Shown: positions 51,612 through 61,091 of the stretch, piece after piece | How positions within the stretch are numbered: position 1 is the stretch's first letter | Layout: the number at the start of each line of letters is the position of its first letter | Assembly: GCA_040219255.1 (NCBI GenBank) | Contig: JAVJSW010000027.1 | Span: 28,990 to 92,989 of the forward strand | DNA from: Sumerlaeia bacterium | GTDB taxonomy: Bacteria > Sumerlaeota > Sumerlaeia > SLMS01 > JAHLLQ01 | DNA: 64,000 bases | Reading direction: 5' to 3' | The notes under the pieces: generated by a model | The model's input: the letters and a program-made list of their open reading frames with translations, nothing else | What the model was told of the DNA's origin: nothing | Database searches by the model: none | Position numbers and translations under genes: made by a program

Positions 51612-54242
51612 ATGCCTTCCTCCACCCCCGAAACGCTCTCCCTAGCCGCCCAGCTCAAAGCCGAAGTGGACGCCCGCCCGGCGCTCGACGCGGCGGATGA
51701 CGCCCCGGCCACAGCTCTCGTCCGCCCCGAAATCCTGGCTCCCGCCGGCGACGAAGAGATGATGCGGGCGGCCGTTGAAAACGGCGCCGACGCCGTCTAT
51801 TTCGGGCTCCAGGACTTCAACGCACGCATGCGGGCCCAGAACTTCCACCGCCGCGAACTGCCCCGGGTGGTGGCGTGGCTGCACGAACGCGGTGTTCGGG
51901 CCTATGTGACGCTGAACACGTTGATTTTTCCCACCGAACTCGGCGCCGCGCGCGATTGCCTGCTGGCGTGCTCGCGGGCCGGGGTCGATGCGGTGCTGGT
52001 CCAGGACACCGGCGTGGCGATGCTGGCGCGCGATCTGGTGCCGGAGCTGCCGCTGCACGCCTCGACCCAGATGACCGTCACCGGAGCCGAGGGCGTCGCC
52101 GCGCTGGAAGCCATGGGGTTGCGCCTCGACCGCATCGTGGCGGCTCGCGAAATGAGCCGCACGGAATTGCGCCGTATGCGCCAAGCCAACGCCGTCGTCG
52201 AAATCGAAGTCTTCGTCCACGGCGCCATCTGCGTCGCCTACAGCGGCCAGTGCCTCACGAGCGAGGCCCTCGGCGGCCGCAGCGCCAACCGTGGCGAGTG
52301 CGCCCAGGCCTGCCGCCTGCCTTACGACTTGGTCGTCGATGGCGAGGTGAGCGACCTTGGCGACGTGCGTTATCTGCTCTCGCCAAAGGACTTATCCGGC
52401 TACAGCGACATCGCCGATCTGGCCCGCATGGGCATCGTGAGCCTGAAAATCGAGGGGCGCTATAAGTCGCCACAATACGTCGCCGCCACCGTCGCGGCCT
52501 ATCGCAAGGCGGTGGACGAAGCCATGGCGGGAGCCGACCGCCCCGAGCCCGATCAGGCCACGGCCGAGACCCTGGCGATGACTTTCAGCCGAGGCTTCAC
52601 CGGCGGATACCTTCACGCCACAGACCATCAGGCCGTCGTCGAGGGGCGTTTCCCCAAGAAGCGCGGTCTGTACCTGGGGCGGGTCGCCGAGGTGCGCGGC
52701 AACGATGTCATCGTCCACCTGGAAGGTCCTCTGAAGTGCGGCGACGGCGTGGTGTTCGACGCCGGGAAGCCGGACGAGGACGAGGCCGGCGGCTTTGTTT
52801 TCGGTCTCAGGGTGGGGTGGAAGTCGATGAAGAGCGTGGAGATGGAAGACCTTGCGCTGCACAACTCCGTCACCGTCGTCTTCGGTCACGGCCGGGTCGA
52901 TCTGCGAAACGTCAAGCCCGGCGACCGCCTCTGGAAAACCAGCGACCCGAAACTCGATTCCGCCCTGACCGCCAGCTTCGCCGGCGAAGGCCCCCGCTTT
53001 CGCCGCCCGGTCCGGGCATTCGCCGTCGCTCGCGCGGGCCACCCGCTCAGTCTCGCCCTGTGGGACGAAGACGGGTTCCACGTGGAAGTCACCGCCGAGC
53101 AGCCCCTCGAACCCGCGCGCAAGCACCCGGCCACGGAGGCCGTCATCCGCGAGCAAATCGAACGGCTCGGCGGGACCCCGTTCGCCCTGGACCGGCTCGA
53201 CTGCGTCATCGAAGGCGAGCCGATGGTGCCCAAGAGCCTCCTCAACGATTTGCGGCGCGATGCCGCCGAGGCGCTTGCCAAGGTGCGGCGAACACGCGGC
53301 CTGGATCGCTCCGATGACCCAAGCGCGCTCGATCGTCTGCGCGCCGAACTTCTGCCCCAGCGCGAAACCCCTCCGCCCCCCGCCGAGTCGCGCCTTTCGG
53401 TTCTCTGCCGCACCCTCGAACAGGTCGAAGCCGCCGTCGCCACCGGCCTCTGCGACACGATCTACACCGATTTCGAAGACATTCGCCTGCACCAGGAAGC
53501 CCGCCGCCTGATTCCGCCGCGGGCCGACGGCGGCCCCGCCTTCGCCCCCGCCGGGCTGCGCATCGTCAAGCCGGGCGAGAGCGGCTTCGTCCGCGTTCTC
53601 CTGCGCAGCGAACCCGACGCGCTCCTCGTGCGGAACCTTGCCTCCTGGGACATTCTGCGGCGCGAGCGACCGGACCTGGAAATCCGGGGCGATTTTTCCC
53701 TCAATGTCGCCAACGAACTGACCGCCGCGCTCCATCGGCGCCACGGGTTCTCCTGGCTCACGCCCAGTTACGACCTGAATCTCGAGCAGCTAGAAGGTCT
53801 CCTCCGGGCCGCGCCGCCCTCCTGGTTCGAAGTCACCATCCACCAATACATGCCCATGTTCCACATGGAGCACTGCGTTTTCTGCCGCTTTCTCTCCGAT
53901 GGCACCGACTACACCAATTGCGGCCGGCCGTGCGAAAAACACACCCTCGCGCTGCGCGACCGCGTCGGATACGAGCACGCCGTCCTGCCCGACGCCGGAT
54001 GCCGCAACACCGTGTACAACGCCGTCGCCCAAAGCGGCAGCGAATCCCTCGGCCGCCTGCTCACCGCCGGAGTCCGCCGCTTCCGCATCGACCTCCTCAA
54101 CGAAACCGCCGCCCAAACCCGCCAAGCCCTCACCGCCTACCACCCCGCGATATGCGGGAAATCAAGCGGCGAAGGGCTCTGGAAGAGGCTCAACGCCCTG
54201 TCTAAGCTGGGAGTGACGCGGGGGAGTTTGGATCATGGGTGA
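51612..54242 (+). CDS. U32 peptidase-family protein with DUF3656 (RlhA-like 23S rRNA hydroxylase family)
   Basis: PEILAPAG, GADAVYFG, HASTQM, HGAICVAYSGQC, SANRGECAQACR, KIEGR, C-terminal MEHCVFC..CGRPC..GCRNTVYN. Confidence 0.92.
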   Translation: MPSSTPETLSLAAQLKAEVDARPALDAADDAPATALVRPEILAPAGDEEMMRAAVENGADAVYFGLQDFNARMRAQNFHRRELPRVVAWLHERGVRAYVTLNTLIFPTELGAARDCLLACSRAGVDAVLVQDTGVAMLARDLVPELPLHASTQMTVTGAEGVAALEAMGLRLDRIVAAREMSRTELRRMRQANAVVEIEVFVHGAICVAYSGQCLTSEALGGRSANRGECAQACRLPYDLVVDGEVSDLGDVRYLLSPKDLSGYSDIADLARMGIVSLKIEGRYKSPQYVAATVAAYRKAVDEAMAGADRPEPDQATAETLAMTFSRGFTGGYLHATDHQAVVEGRFPKKRGLYLGRVAEVRGNDVIVHLEGPLKCGDGVVFDAGKPDEDEAGGFVFGLRVGWKSMKSVEMEDLALHNSVTVVFGHGRVDLRNVKPGDRLWKTSDPKLDSALTASFAGEGPRFRRPVRAFAVARAGHPLSLALWDEDGFHVEVTAEQPLEPARKHPATEAVIREQIERLGGTPFALDRLDCVIEGEPMVPKSLLNDLRRDAAEALAKVRRTRGLDRSDDPSALDRLRAELLPQRETPPPPAESRLSVLCRTLEQVEAAVATGLCDTIYTDFEDIRLHQEARRLIPPRADGGPAFAPAGLRIVKPGESGFVRVLLRSEPDALLVRNLASWDILRRERPDLEIRGDFSLNVANELTAALHRRHGFSWLTPSYDLNLEQLEGLLRAAPPSWFEVTIHQYMPMFHMEHCVFCRFLSDGTDYTNCGRPCEKHTLALRDRVGYEHAVLPDAGCRNTVYNAVAQSGSESLGRLLTAGVRRFRIDLLNETAAQTRQALTAYHPAICGKSSGEGLWKRLNALSKLGVTRGSLDHG

Positions 54243-54506
54243 GTTTTTGGTGGGCCACGGGGCGAGGCTCTCGCAGCATTCTGGCTATTCTGCCAGTAAG
54301 AAGCGAGATCGCCACGATGAAAGCTCTCCTGGAACTCACGTACACCCCGCGCTCCGAGTGGAGCGACAAAGCCCGCGATGCCTTTTCAAAGGATTTGAGG
54401 GAGCGTTATCCTCGGGTCAGTGACCTGACCGACAAGAAGAACGACGAGAAGCGATTCCAGTTGCGCGTCAACGGCGACGCCAAGCCCGGGGCGGTTCCCT
54501 ATGCGG
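54132..54506 (+). repeat. Copy 1 of the U32-3'-end/mcrB-5'-end junction repeat
   Basis: Aligns over about 370 bp with 60716-61091 and over 97 bp (54162-54258) with 59160-59256. Confidence 0.92.
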
Positions 54507-54739
54507 CTGAGTGGACGATCCTGGGAGCGGAGAGCGCGGCGGCTTTCGGCGAATGGGCGGGGGCGCTGGAGGGGAACTGCTTCGTCGATGGGATGGAATT
54601 GTCGCTGGCCGACGGGACGACGAAGGCGCCGTTGGAATTGCTGATTCCAGGGTACGATGCGTGGCTGATGCGCCCGCAAATCTTGCTGACGGAGCGGGGC
54701 GTGGACCAGGGTGTCTCGCACGGACAAACTTTGGCTTGA
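54317..54739 (+). pseudogene. Truncated mcrB 5' fragment fused in frame to unrelated sequence
   Basis: First ~64 codons (MKALLELTYTPR...GAVPYAA) nearly identical to McrB at 60902, then abrupt divergence. Confidence 0.8.
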
Positions 54740-54799
54740 TTGGAGGGGCCGAAGGCGGTATGCGGTAAGGCTATTGAATTGCAAGGTTGCTCGAAAAAT

Positions 54800-57700
54800 A
54801 TGGCACGTGTATTGGCCCTCTTCGTAATTTGCGCTCTCGGCGCGGTGTTGCCTGCCCCTATGTGGGCCTTATGGCCGGGACCGGGAGGGCCTTCCACTGA
54901 TGTGTACGCGGGTGGGACGAGGCCGCTGTTGCCGCTGGAGCCGAAGAGCCTCTTTCTCGATCCGTTGGCGTTCGGGGTGGGCGAGTTCCGGGCCCAGAAC
55001 GACGGTTTGGTCCATGTCCGGCTTGCCCCTGGCGGGGCCATCGAGGTCCAGCGCTGGCCACGCCAGGATGTATTGAACGACGCCCCGTCGGTTTATCGCA
55101 TGGAGCCCGCGGGTGAAGGGTCCTCACTCGTTCCTTTCCAACCGTTTTACCTGGACCATACGGGTTCTATGTATTTCGGCTACGATTATAACATCCAACG
55201 CGGATTGTCGGACCAAACGGCGGTCGGCATCCAGAAGGTGGGCGGCGATGGCTTGGAACTGCTCAGGGATTGGGAACTGCTTCCCTGGCAACTGGGCCGG
55301 TTTCAGTCCATCAATCAAATGCTGGTGACGACCCTTCCCGGCGTTGTCGCCGTGGGCCAGGAGAACAGACAAAACTTCCTTTGGTACGCCTCCAGCTTGG
55401 GCTCGATCGGTCGTCTGGCCGATCTGGGGAACTCATCGCGAGACTATTTGTATTTTTCGATGATCCAAACGAGAGAGGAGCAAATCGCTTTTGTGGAGTC
55501 GGTGGATTTGGAGGAGTACACAATCCAAGTCTGGAACCTGCGCACACTCTCCCAGGAGTGGCAGCGCCCTGCACCGGGGACGCTCAACGGGCCGCAAGTG
55601 GGGCGGGGGATCGATCTGGCGGCGGTGGGCGACCGGCTCGTCGTTGGCTTCGAGGACGGCGTTGAGGTGCTGACTCTGGGAGGGACACCGGTTTGGGAGG
55701 CGGACTTGGCATTGGGCGACATCGCCACTTCGTTATTCAAACCGCACATGGCCACCGACGGACAGACGTTGCTTGTGCACCACGGTTCCTCCCAATTTTT
55801 CCAGGATGAGCCAGCGCCCGGCGCATTGGCCCCGGACGCGCCGCTGGTCGCGTACGATCTGGAGACGGGGACGGAATTGTGGCGCAGGACTTTCGACGCG
55901 GTCTCTGTTGGGCCCTGGCTGGGTCAGAATCCCGGCGCCGCGCCGCCCTATCTGCGCGGTGCGGTGACGGTCAACCCGATCATCGTGGGGGATAAAATCG
56001 CGCTGGCGGGGCTGAGGGCGCCGGAAGCGGATCTGGACGGCGAGCCGCTGCGGACGCTTACGATCCTGGATTTGGCCACGGGCGCGACGGAGGCCCAGAT
56101 CACCAGCGAGGACGGCATCGTTTTGAAGGAGATCACCGGTCTGATGGCTTCGCAAGCGACCATTTTTCTGACCGGTCTGATCCAGCAGGGAGAGTTCGCC
56201 GGAGCCGCCGACCGGCGCGCCGCGGCTCAAGGTTTCGGTGCGGTGGCGGCGGAGTTGGTCACCTCGCTGGCGGCCCGCTCGGCCATCGAGGGGTGCGGCG
56301 TCACGGTGGGGACGCCGGTGAGGTTCGAAGTCGAGGTGGCGAGCACGGGGAAGGGCCCGGCGCAAGCCCCCCGTCTTGAGGTGGTCACCTCACTGAGTGC
56401 CGATATCGTCATCGGCTCGGACCCCGAATGCCGATTCATCGCCTCCGCGGTGGGGACGTGTGTGCTGGGTGGGCTCGAAGCCGCCGCGGAAGACGGCGAG
56501 CCCAACAGCCGAACCGTGGAAGTGACCGTGATTCCGCAGGTTCCCGGGTCGCTGACGGTGAAGATGCTGACAGCCGATGACGAACGCGGGGGGGCGAACT
56601 CCGTGGCGGCGACCTTCGACCTGGAAGTCTTCCCCGCCGCCGCGAACCTGGAACTGACAATCGACGCCATCGAGGTCACTCAAGGCGTGCAGGACTTGAA
56701 CAACAGTGTGCCGCTCGTAGCGCGGAAACCGGCTTTGGTGAGGGTGTACCTGGGGACGAACGGCGCGCGGGTCACGGGGGTCGTGGCGACGCTGGAGGGC
56801 CGGCGCGGGGGGCTAAGCCTGGGGTTCGCCGAGCAACTGAACGGGTGTCTGACGCTTGGCACCGGTGGCTCGGATCGCGCCGACCTGACGACGACGGCGA
56901 ATTTCCTGCTGCCGCGCACTTGGCTGCTAGAAGATTTCGAATTGGTGGCCCGAGTCGATCCGGAAGACTTGGTCATCGAAGCCAACGAGGGCAACAATTC
57001 CCGCACCGCCGCCGTCAATCTGCACCCCATGCCGCCGGTCTGCACGGTGTCTTATCCTCTGGTGGTGCTCGACAGCAACGGAGAGCCGGTGACAACGGGC
57101 CTGATCGACCCCATCGCCTCGGGTCAGACGCGGCCGGTACAGTCCGTCCGGGCTTTGTCCCTGCTGCCCATCCATCGCTTCGACAACGTCAACATCTTCG
57201 AAGCTTTGAAGCCGAGATTTGGTGAAGCGTGGGACTTAGACCTGGACCCGTTGAACGCGGACACGGGGGAAGGCGGCAAGATTTTGGATCGGCTCGAGCG
57301 AATCCGCGCCCTCTCCCGCGATCCCAACGATTGCGATGCGGGCTCGATCTACGCCGGGTATTTCTCCCAAAACGCACGGTCGGACATGGGTGGCCTGGCT
57401 CGCACCCCGGGTCATGTTCAGATCAATGTGTCGAACAACGATTACAACTCCAACTTCCCCTTCGATACTCCTTTCGGAGGTCTGGTCCGAGCCCACGAGA
57501 CGGCGCACAACTATGGCCGTGTTCATGTCGATTGCGGGATCGGCGGAGTCGGCGCGGGCTCCATTCTGGACATGAATTACCCCCATCCGCCCTGCCAAGT
57601 GGCGGCAACCGGGACCGGTACCGAGTGGGGCCTAGACTTCGCCGATCCGACGCTGATTTCGATTATCCAGCCGAAGGACGCCGCGGACATGTTGAGTTAC

Positions 57701-58963
57701 AACAGCAACCGATGGATTTCGGGATATCAATGGCGCCGGCTGATGAATGAGATCGATGCCGGGAATCGTGGAAAGTCGAGCCTTGGAACCACGATCGAAG
57801 AGGCTGGGGGCACGGTTTGGCCTCCAGAGGTCATTCCGCCCCTGAGGGATACGGCCACCGGTGAGGCGCAGGTTGCAGAGGAGGCGGTGAAAATCCTCGG
57901 CGTCTCGCAGGTGGCGCTGGCCTTTGGCGGGGCGGAATTGGCGGAAGACGGTTCGCTGGATTTGGATAGCGTGGTTTTGCGAAGCGGGGAGTTGCTGGCG
58001 GGCGAGGTTCCCGCGCCGGACCCCATGAGGCGGCTCTACGCCGAACACCGGCGGGCCGCGCTTGGCGTCGCGGCAAAGGGACTGGCGACGGACCTGCGCG
58101 TGGAGGTGCTCGCCGCGAACGGCCAGGTGCTCGCCAGTGAGCCCGTCGTCATGGCGTTCGACCTGAGCGAGGCGGCTCCGGCGGCATCGTTCACGCTGCT
58201 GGTTCCAGCCGGGCCCGGTGCCTCGGCGGTGCGAATCGTGGACGCGGACAATGCCGAACTGGCGCGCTTAGAGGCCTCGGCGAACGCGCCCGTCATCGGG
58301 CTGGTCCAGGTCAGCGCCAACGATGCGGACCGCACCATCACGGCCTCATGGTCAGGGGCTGACGCCGATGGCGATGCGATCTCGTACACTCTCCTCTTCA
58401 GCGATGACGGAGGCGCCACGTGGCAGGTCATCACGGAAACGGAAGCGACCGAGGCGAGTTTCGACGCCACCAGTTTGCCCGGGACCGCTGCGGCCCGCGT
58501 GCGAGTTCTGGTGAGCGACGGCTTCTTGACGGCGTATGCCGACTCGGTGGCGTTCACGGTGGCTCCCCGAGAACCGCAGGCGCGCATCCTCTCGCCGGGG
58601 GAAGGAGCGGCTTTCCCATTCGGCGCACTCATCCGTATGCAGGCAGAAGCCTTCGACCCCGAGGAGGGGTCGCTGCCGGACGAAGCCCTGGTCTGGGAGG
58701 TGGACGGTGCGGCAGCGGGCTCGGGCGAAGTGCTCGACTTCCGTGGGCTGGCGGCGGGCACGCGGACGGTGACCCTTCGGGCCACGGACAGCGACGGCAA
58801 AGTCAGCGAGGCGGCGACCTCCTTTGTGGTGGGCCAACCCTTGCCCACCCGCGGGGCCGCCATTGCGGCGCTGCTGGGGCAGGCCTCCGCGCAAGCGCCC
58901 CTGGCGGACCGGGACGGCGATGGCCGGGTGGACGCCGCGGACCTACTGGCCCGGCCGAAGTGA
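54800..58963 (+). CDS. Large secreted mosaic protein: PQQ-like propeller, DUF11/CARDB-like Ig domains, zincin metallopeptidase, Ig-like domains, dockerin-like tail
   Basis: Signal peptide; LVAYDLETGTELWR; IEVTQGVQ, VDPEDLVIEANEGNN; AHETAHNYGRVH; SDDGGATW; DRDGDGRVDAADL. Confidence 0.85.
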   Translation: MARVLALFVICALGAVLPAPMWALWPGPGGPSTDVYAGGTRPLLPLEPKSLFLDPLAFGVGEFRAQNDGLVHVRLAPGGAIEVQRWPRQDVLNDAPSVYRMEPAGEGSSLVPFQPFYLDHTGSMYFGYDYNIQRGLSDQTAVGIQKVGGDGLELLRDWELLPWQLGRFQSINQMLVTTLPGVVAVGQENRQNFLWYASSLGSIGRLADLGNSSRDYLYFSMIQTREEQIAFVESVDLEEYTIQVWNLRTLSQEWQRPAPGTLNGPQVGRGIDLAAVGDRLVVGFEDGVEVLTLGGTPVWEADLALGDIATSLFKPHMATDGQTLLVHHGSSQFFQDEPAPGALAPDAPLVAYDLETGTELWRRTFDAVSVGPWLGQNPGAAPPYLRGAVTVNPIIVGDKIALAGLRAPEADLDGEPLRTLTILDLATGATEAQITSEDGIVLKEITGLMASQATIFLTGLIQQGEFAGAADRRAAAQGFGAVAAELVTSLAARSAIEGCGVTVGTPVRFEVEVASTGKGPAQAPRLEVVTSLSADIVIGSDPECRFIASAVGTCVLGGLEAAAEDGEPNSRTVEVTVIPQVPGSLTVKMLTADDERGGANSVAATFDLEVFPAAANLELTIDAIEVTQGVQDLNNSVPLVARKPALVRVYLGTNGARVTGVVATLEGRRGGLSLGFAEQLNGCLTLGTGGSDRADLTTTANFLLPRTWLLEDFELVARVDPEDLVIEANEGNNSRTAAVNLHPMPPVCTVSYPLVVLDSNGEPVTTGLIDPIASGQTRPVQSVRALSLLPIHRFDNVNIFEALKPRFGEAWDLDLDPLNADTGEGGKILDRLERIRALSRDPNDCDAGSIYAGYFSQNARSDMGGLARTPGHVQINVSNNDYNSNFPFDTPFGGLVRAHETAHNYGRVHVDCGIGGVGAGSILDMNYPHPPCQVAATGTGTEWGLDFADPTLISIIQPKDAADMLSYNSNRWISGYQWRRLMNEIDAGNRGKSSLGTTIEEAGGTVWPPEVIPPLRDTATGEAQVAEEAVKILGVSQVALAFGGAELAEDGSLDLDSVVLRSGELLAGEVPAPDPMRRLYAEHRRAALGVAAKGLATDLRVEVLAANGQVLASEPVVMAFDLSEAAPAASFTLLVPAGPGASAVRIVDADNAELARLEASANAPVIGLVQVSANDADRTITASWSGADADGDAISYTLLFSDDGGATWQVITETEATEASFDATSLPGTAAARVRVLVSDGFLTAYADSVAFTVAPREPQARILSPGEGAAFPFGALIRMQAEAFDPEEGSLPDEALVWEVDGAAAGSGEVLDFRGLAAGTRTVTLRATDSDGKVSEAATSFVVGQPLPTRGAAIAALLGQASAQAPLADRDGDGRVDAADLLARPK

Positions 58964-59159
58964 GCAGGCTCAGCCGGCCCCTCAAAAAACGCCGGGGAAA
59001 CTCGCCCGCAAGCCACGTCCCCACAGTAGCTCCCTTGGCCGACTTGCCGCCCTCCCCGGTGAGGCCCGTATCCAAGCGATAAACGACGGATAATCCGAGA
59101 CTTGTGCTCGGTAAGAAGCCCCCGCCCACAACCCTCTGACCTCCCGCAGCCCCGGCCAG

Positions 59160-59256
59160 TCAAGCGGCGAAGGGCTCTGGAAGAGCCTCAACGCCCTGTC
59201 GAAGCTGGGGGTTACGCGGGGGAGTTTGGATCATGGGTGAGTTTTTGGTGGGCCAC
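59160..59256 (+). repeat. Copy 2 of the U32 3'-end repeat
   Basis: 97 bp with 4 mismatches to 54162-54258, three of them synonymous in the U32 frame. Confidence 0.92.
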
Positions 59257-59263
59257 TACCCCC

Positions 59264-60571
59264 TCAATAAAACACCCACTGCTGAGTCGTCGGGGGCGGC
59301 AGGCCGTGGGGGCCGGGGCCGGTGGGGCGTTTGGTGTGGCAAATGCGGCAGTCCGAGAGGGTTTTCGCGGTGCCCTGCAGTCGCAGCGCCTGGTAGTTGT
59401 CGCGGGGCTGGACGGTAGGGTATTCGGCGTGGGGGCTGCCATGGCAGGCTGTGCAGTAGAGCCCGCCGTGGCCGATGCTGTTGCGGTAGAGCTTGCCGGG
59501 GTTCTCATCATAGCCCGCGTGGCAGCTTCCGCACTTCGGTTCGTCGATCCATGGACGCCGGCCTTCTTCGATGCTGCGGGCGACTTGGCGAATCGAGCCG
59601 TGGCAGTCCTCGCAGCTTTGGCCCGCTTTGTACATGGCCCCGCGCAGGCACTGGGTCTGTTGGCCGGGATGGCACGCATAGCAGTTCATGGTGGGGAATT
59701 CCTCGCCGTGCTTCTCGTGGATCGCTTGTGAAAGGCTCTTTACCCCCGGCCGGCCTGTGGTCCCCAGCGCGTTTGAGGAGTGGCATTCGGCGCAGAGCAC
59801 CGGTTGCTGGTCGAGAAGCGAGCGGCCATCCACCTCGTCGTGGGCCTCCAGCACGCGTTCCACGGCTTCAATTTCACCCTTTGTCACTTCGCGGAAAGTG
59901 ATCAGATCGCGCAGGCTCTTGTAACCGGCTCCCGGCTTGCTTGTCTGCGGCCAGATCGAGACGTCCTTCGCTCTGGATTTGTCGTCGTCTTCGCCAGAGT
60001 GGCAGGTGTTACAGTGGATTTCCGTCGAAGTCGGCACGACCACGTGGGCTTGATCCAGAACCGGTCCTCCGGTCGCCTGGCGCAGAGTCACTTCGGCGAG
60101 TTGGTAGGGCTGCTCCACGGTGGGATTGGCGTCGGTAAAGGGGGTGATCGGAACACCGGTCACTTCCCACGCCGAGCCATTCCACTCCAACGTCCCCGCC
60201 AGTCCATGGCCCGTCAGGCCGATGTCTTCGGGTAAATCCACACCGAACAGCTTGTCCTCATGCTCCCAAAAGTTGACCTTGTTTGCGCTCGTTGTGTTCT
60301 CGGGGAAACGGTACTCGAGCACCATGTCTGAGGAAACGAGCTGGGGCGGATTCCCGCGCTTCACAATCTGCGCCCACAGGTTGTTGTACGGCGGCAGAAT
60401 CACCCACTCCGAGTACTCGCCGTTCATGCAGTGCATCCCCAGGTCGTTCCACCCGATCACAACGTAGTCTCCCAAGTCGGTGCGGGATGGGGGTTCCTGG
60501 ATCTGGGCCGCCACTGTGCCGACCAGACAAAGGGAGATAGACGTGAGAGTGAGTTTGCGGGCAGAGAACAT
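59264..60571 (-). CDS. Secreted multiheme c-type cytochrome (7 CxxCH)
   Basis: Signal peptide; WNDLGMHC; CNTCH, CAECH, CYACH, CEDCH, CGSCH, CTACH, CRICH. Confidence 0.92.
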   Translation of the reverse strand: MFSARKLTLTSISLCLVGTVAAQIQEPPSRTDLGDYVVIGWNDLGMHCMNGEYSEWVILPPYNNLWAQIVKRGNPPQLVSSDMVLEYRFPENTTSANKVNFWEHEDKLFGVDLPEDIGLTGHGLAGTLEWNGSAWEVTGVPITPFTDANPTVEQPYQLAEVTLRQATGGPVLDQAHVVVPTSTEIHCNTCHSGEDDDKSRAKDVSIWPQTSKPGAGYKSLRDLITFREVTKGEIEAVERVLEAHDEVDGRSLLDQQPVLCAECHSSNALGTTGRPGVKSLSQAIHEKHGEEFPTMNCYACHPGQQTQCLRGAMYKAGQSCEDCHGSIRQVARSIEEGRRPWIDEPKCGSCHAGYDENPGKLYRNSIGHGGLYCTACHGSPHAEYPTVQPRDNYQALRLQGTAKTLSDCRICHTKRPTGPGPHGLPPPTTQQWVFY

Positions 60572-60601
60572 GGGATAAACCGGAGAGCAGAAGTCTAATT
60601 T

Positions 60602-60629
60602 ATACTAATTATTTCGACCGTAAAGTCAA
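60602..60629 (-). promoter_or_regulatory. Putative sigma70 promoter of the cytochrome gene
   Basis: Minus strand TTGACT, 16 nt spacer, TAGTAT in an AT-rich patch about 30 nt upstream of the ATG. Confidence 0.5.
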
Positions 60630-60715
60630 GACGAATTCCGAGCCGTCCCAAGATGAAGCAGTTGAACTCACCGGTAAGAACAGCTTACGGGTGTCACGGT
60701 CTGCACCAGACACCA

Positions 60716-61091
60716 ACCGCCTGCCACCCCGCGGTGTGCGGACACACGAGCTGCAAAGGCGTCTGGAAAAAGCTCAACGACCCGTCGAAGCTGTGGGTGA
60801 CGCGGGGGAGTTTGGATCATGGGTGAGTTTTTGGTGGGCCACTGGGGGTGGGCTCTTGCAGAGTCCTGGCTATTCTCCCAGTAAAAAGCGAGATCGCCAC
60901 GATGAAAGCGCTCCTGGAACTCACGTACACCCCGCGCTCCGAATGGGGCGAAAAGGCCCGCGATGCCTTTTCAACGGACTTGAGGGAGCGTTATCCTCGG
61001 GTCAGTGACCTGACCGACAAGAAGAACGACGAGAAGCGATTCCAGTTGCGCGTCAACGGCGACGCCAAACCCGGGGCGGTTCCCTATGCCG
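60716..61091 (+). repeat. Copy 3 of the junction repeat (decayed U32 tail plus 5' end of intact mcrB)
   Basis: Translates TACHPAVCGHTSCKGVWKKLNDPSKLWVTRGSLDHG* versus the functional tail TAYHPAICGKSSGEGLWKRLNALSKLGVTRGSLDHG*. Confidence 0.9.

Noticed and set aside
59109-60680. CGGTAAGAA 9-mer upstream of repeat copies 2 and 3
   Set aside because: Short, at different distances from the core (about 105 versus 128 nt) and absent from copy 1; may be chance
54216-60842. Three identical 43-bp repeats as a CRISPR array or integron attC sites
   Set aside because: Spacing is kilobases, the repeat is the coding 3' end of the U32 gene, it lacks attC-type dyad structure, and no cas or intI gene is present
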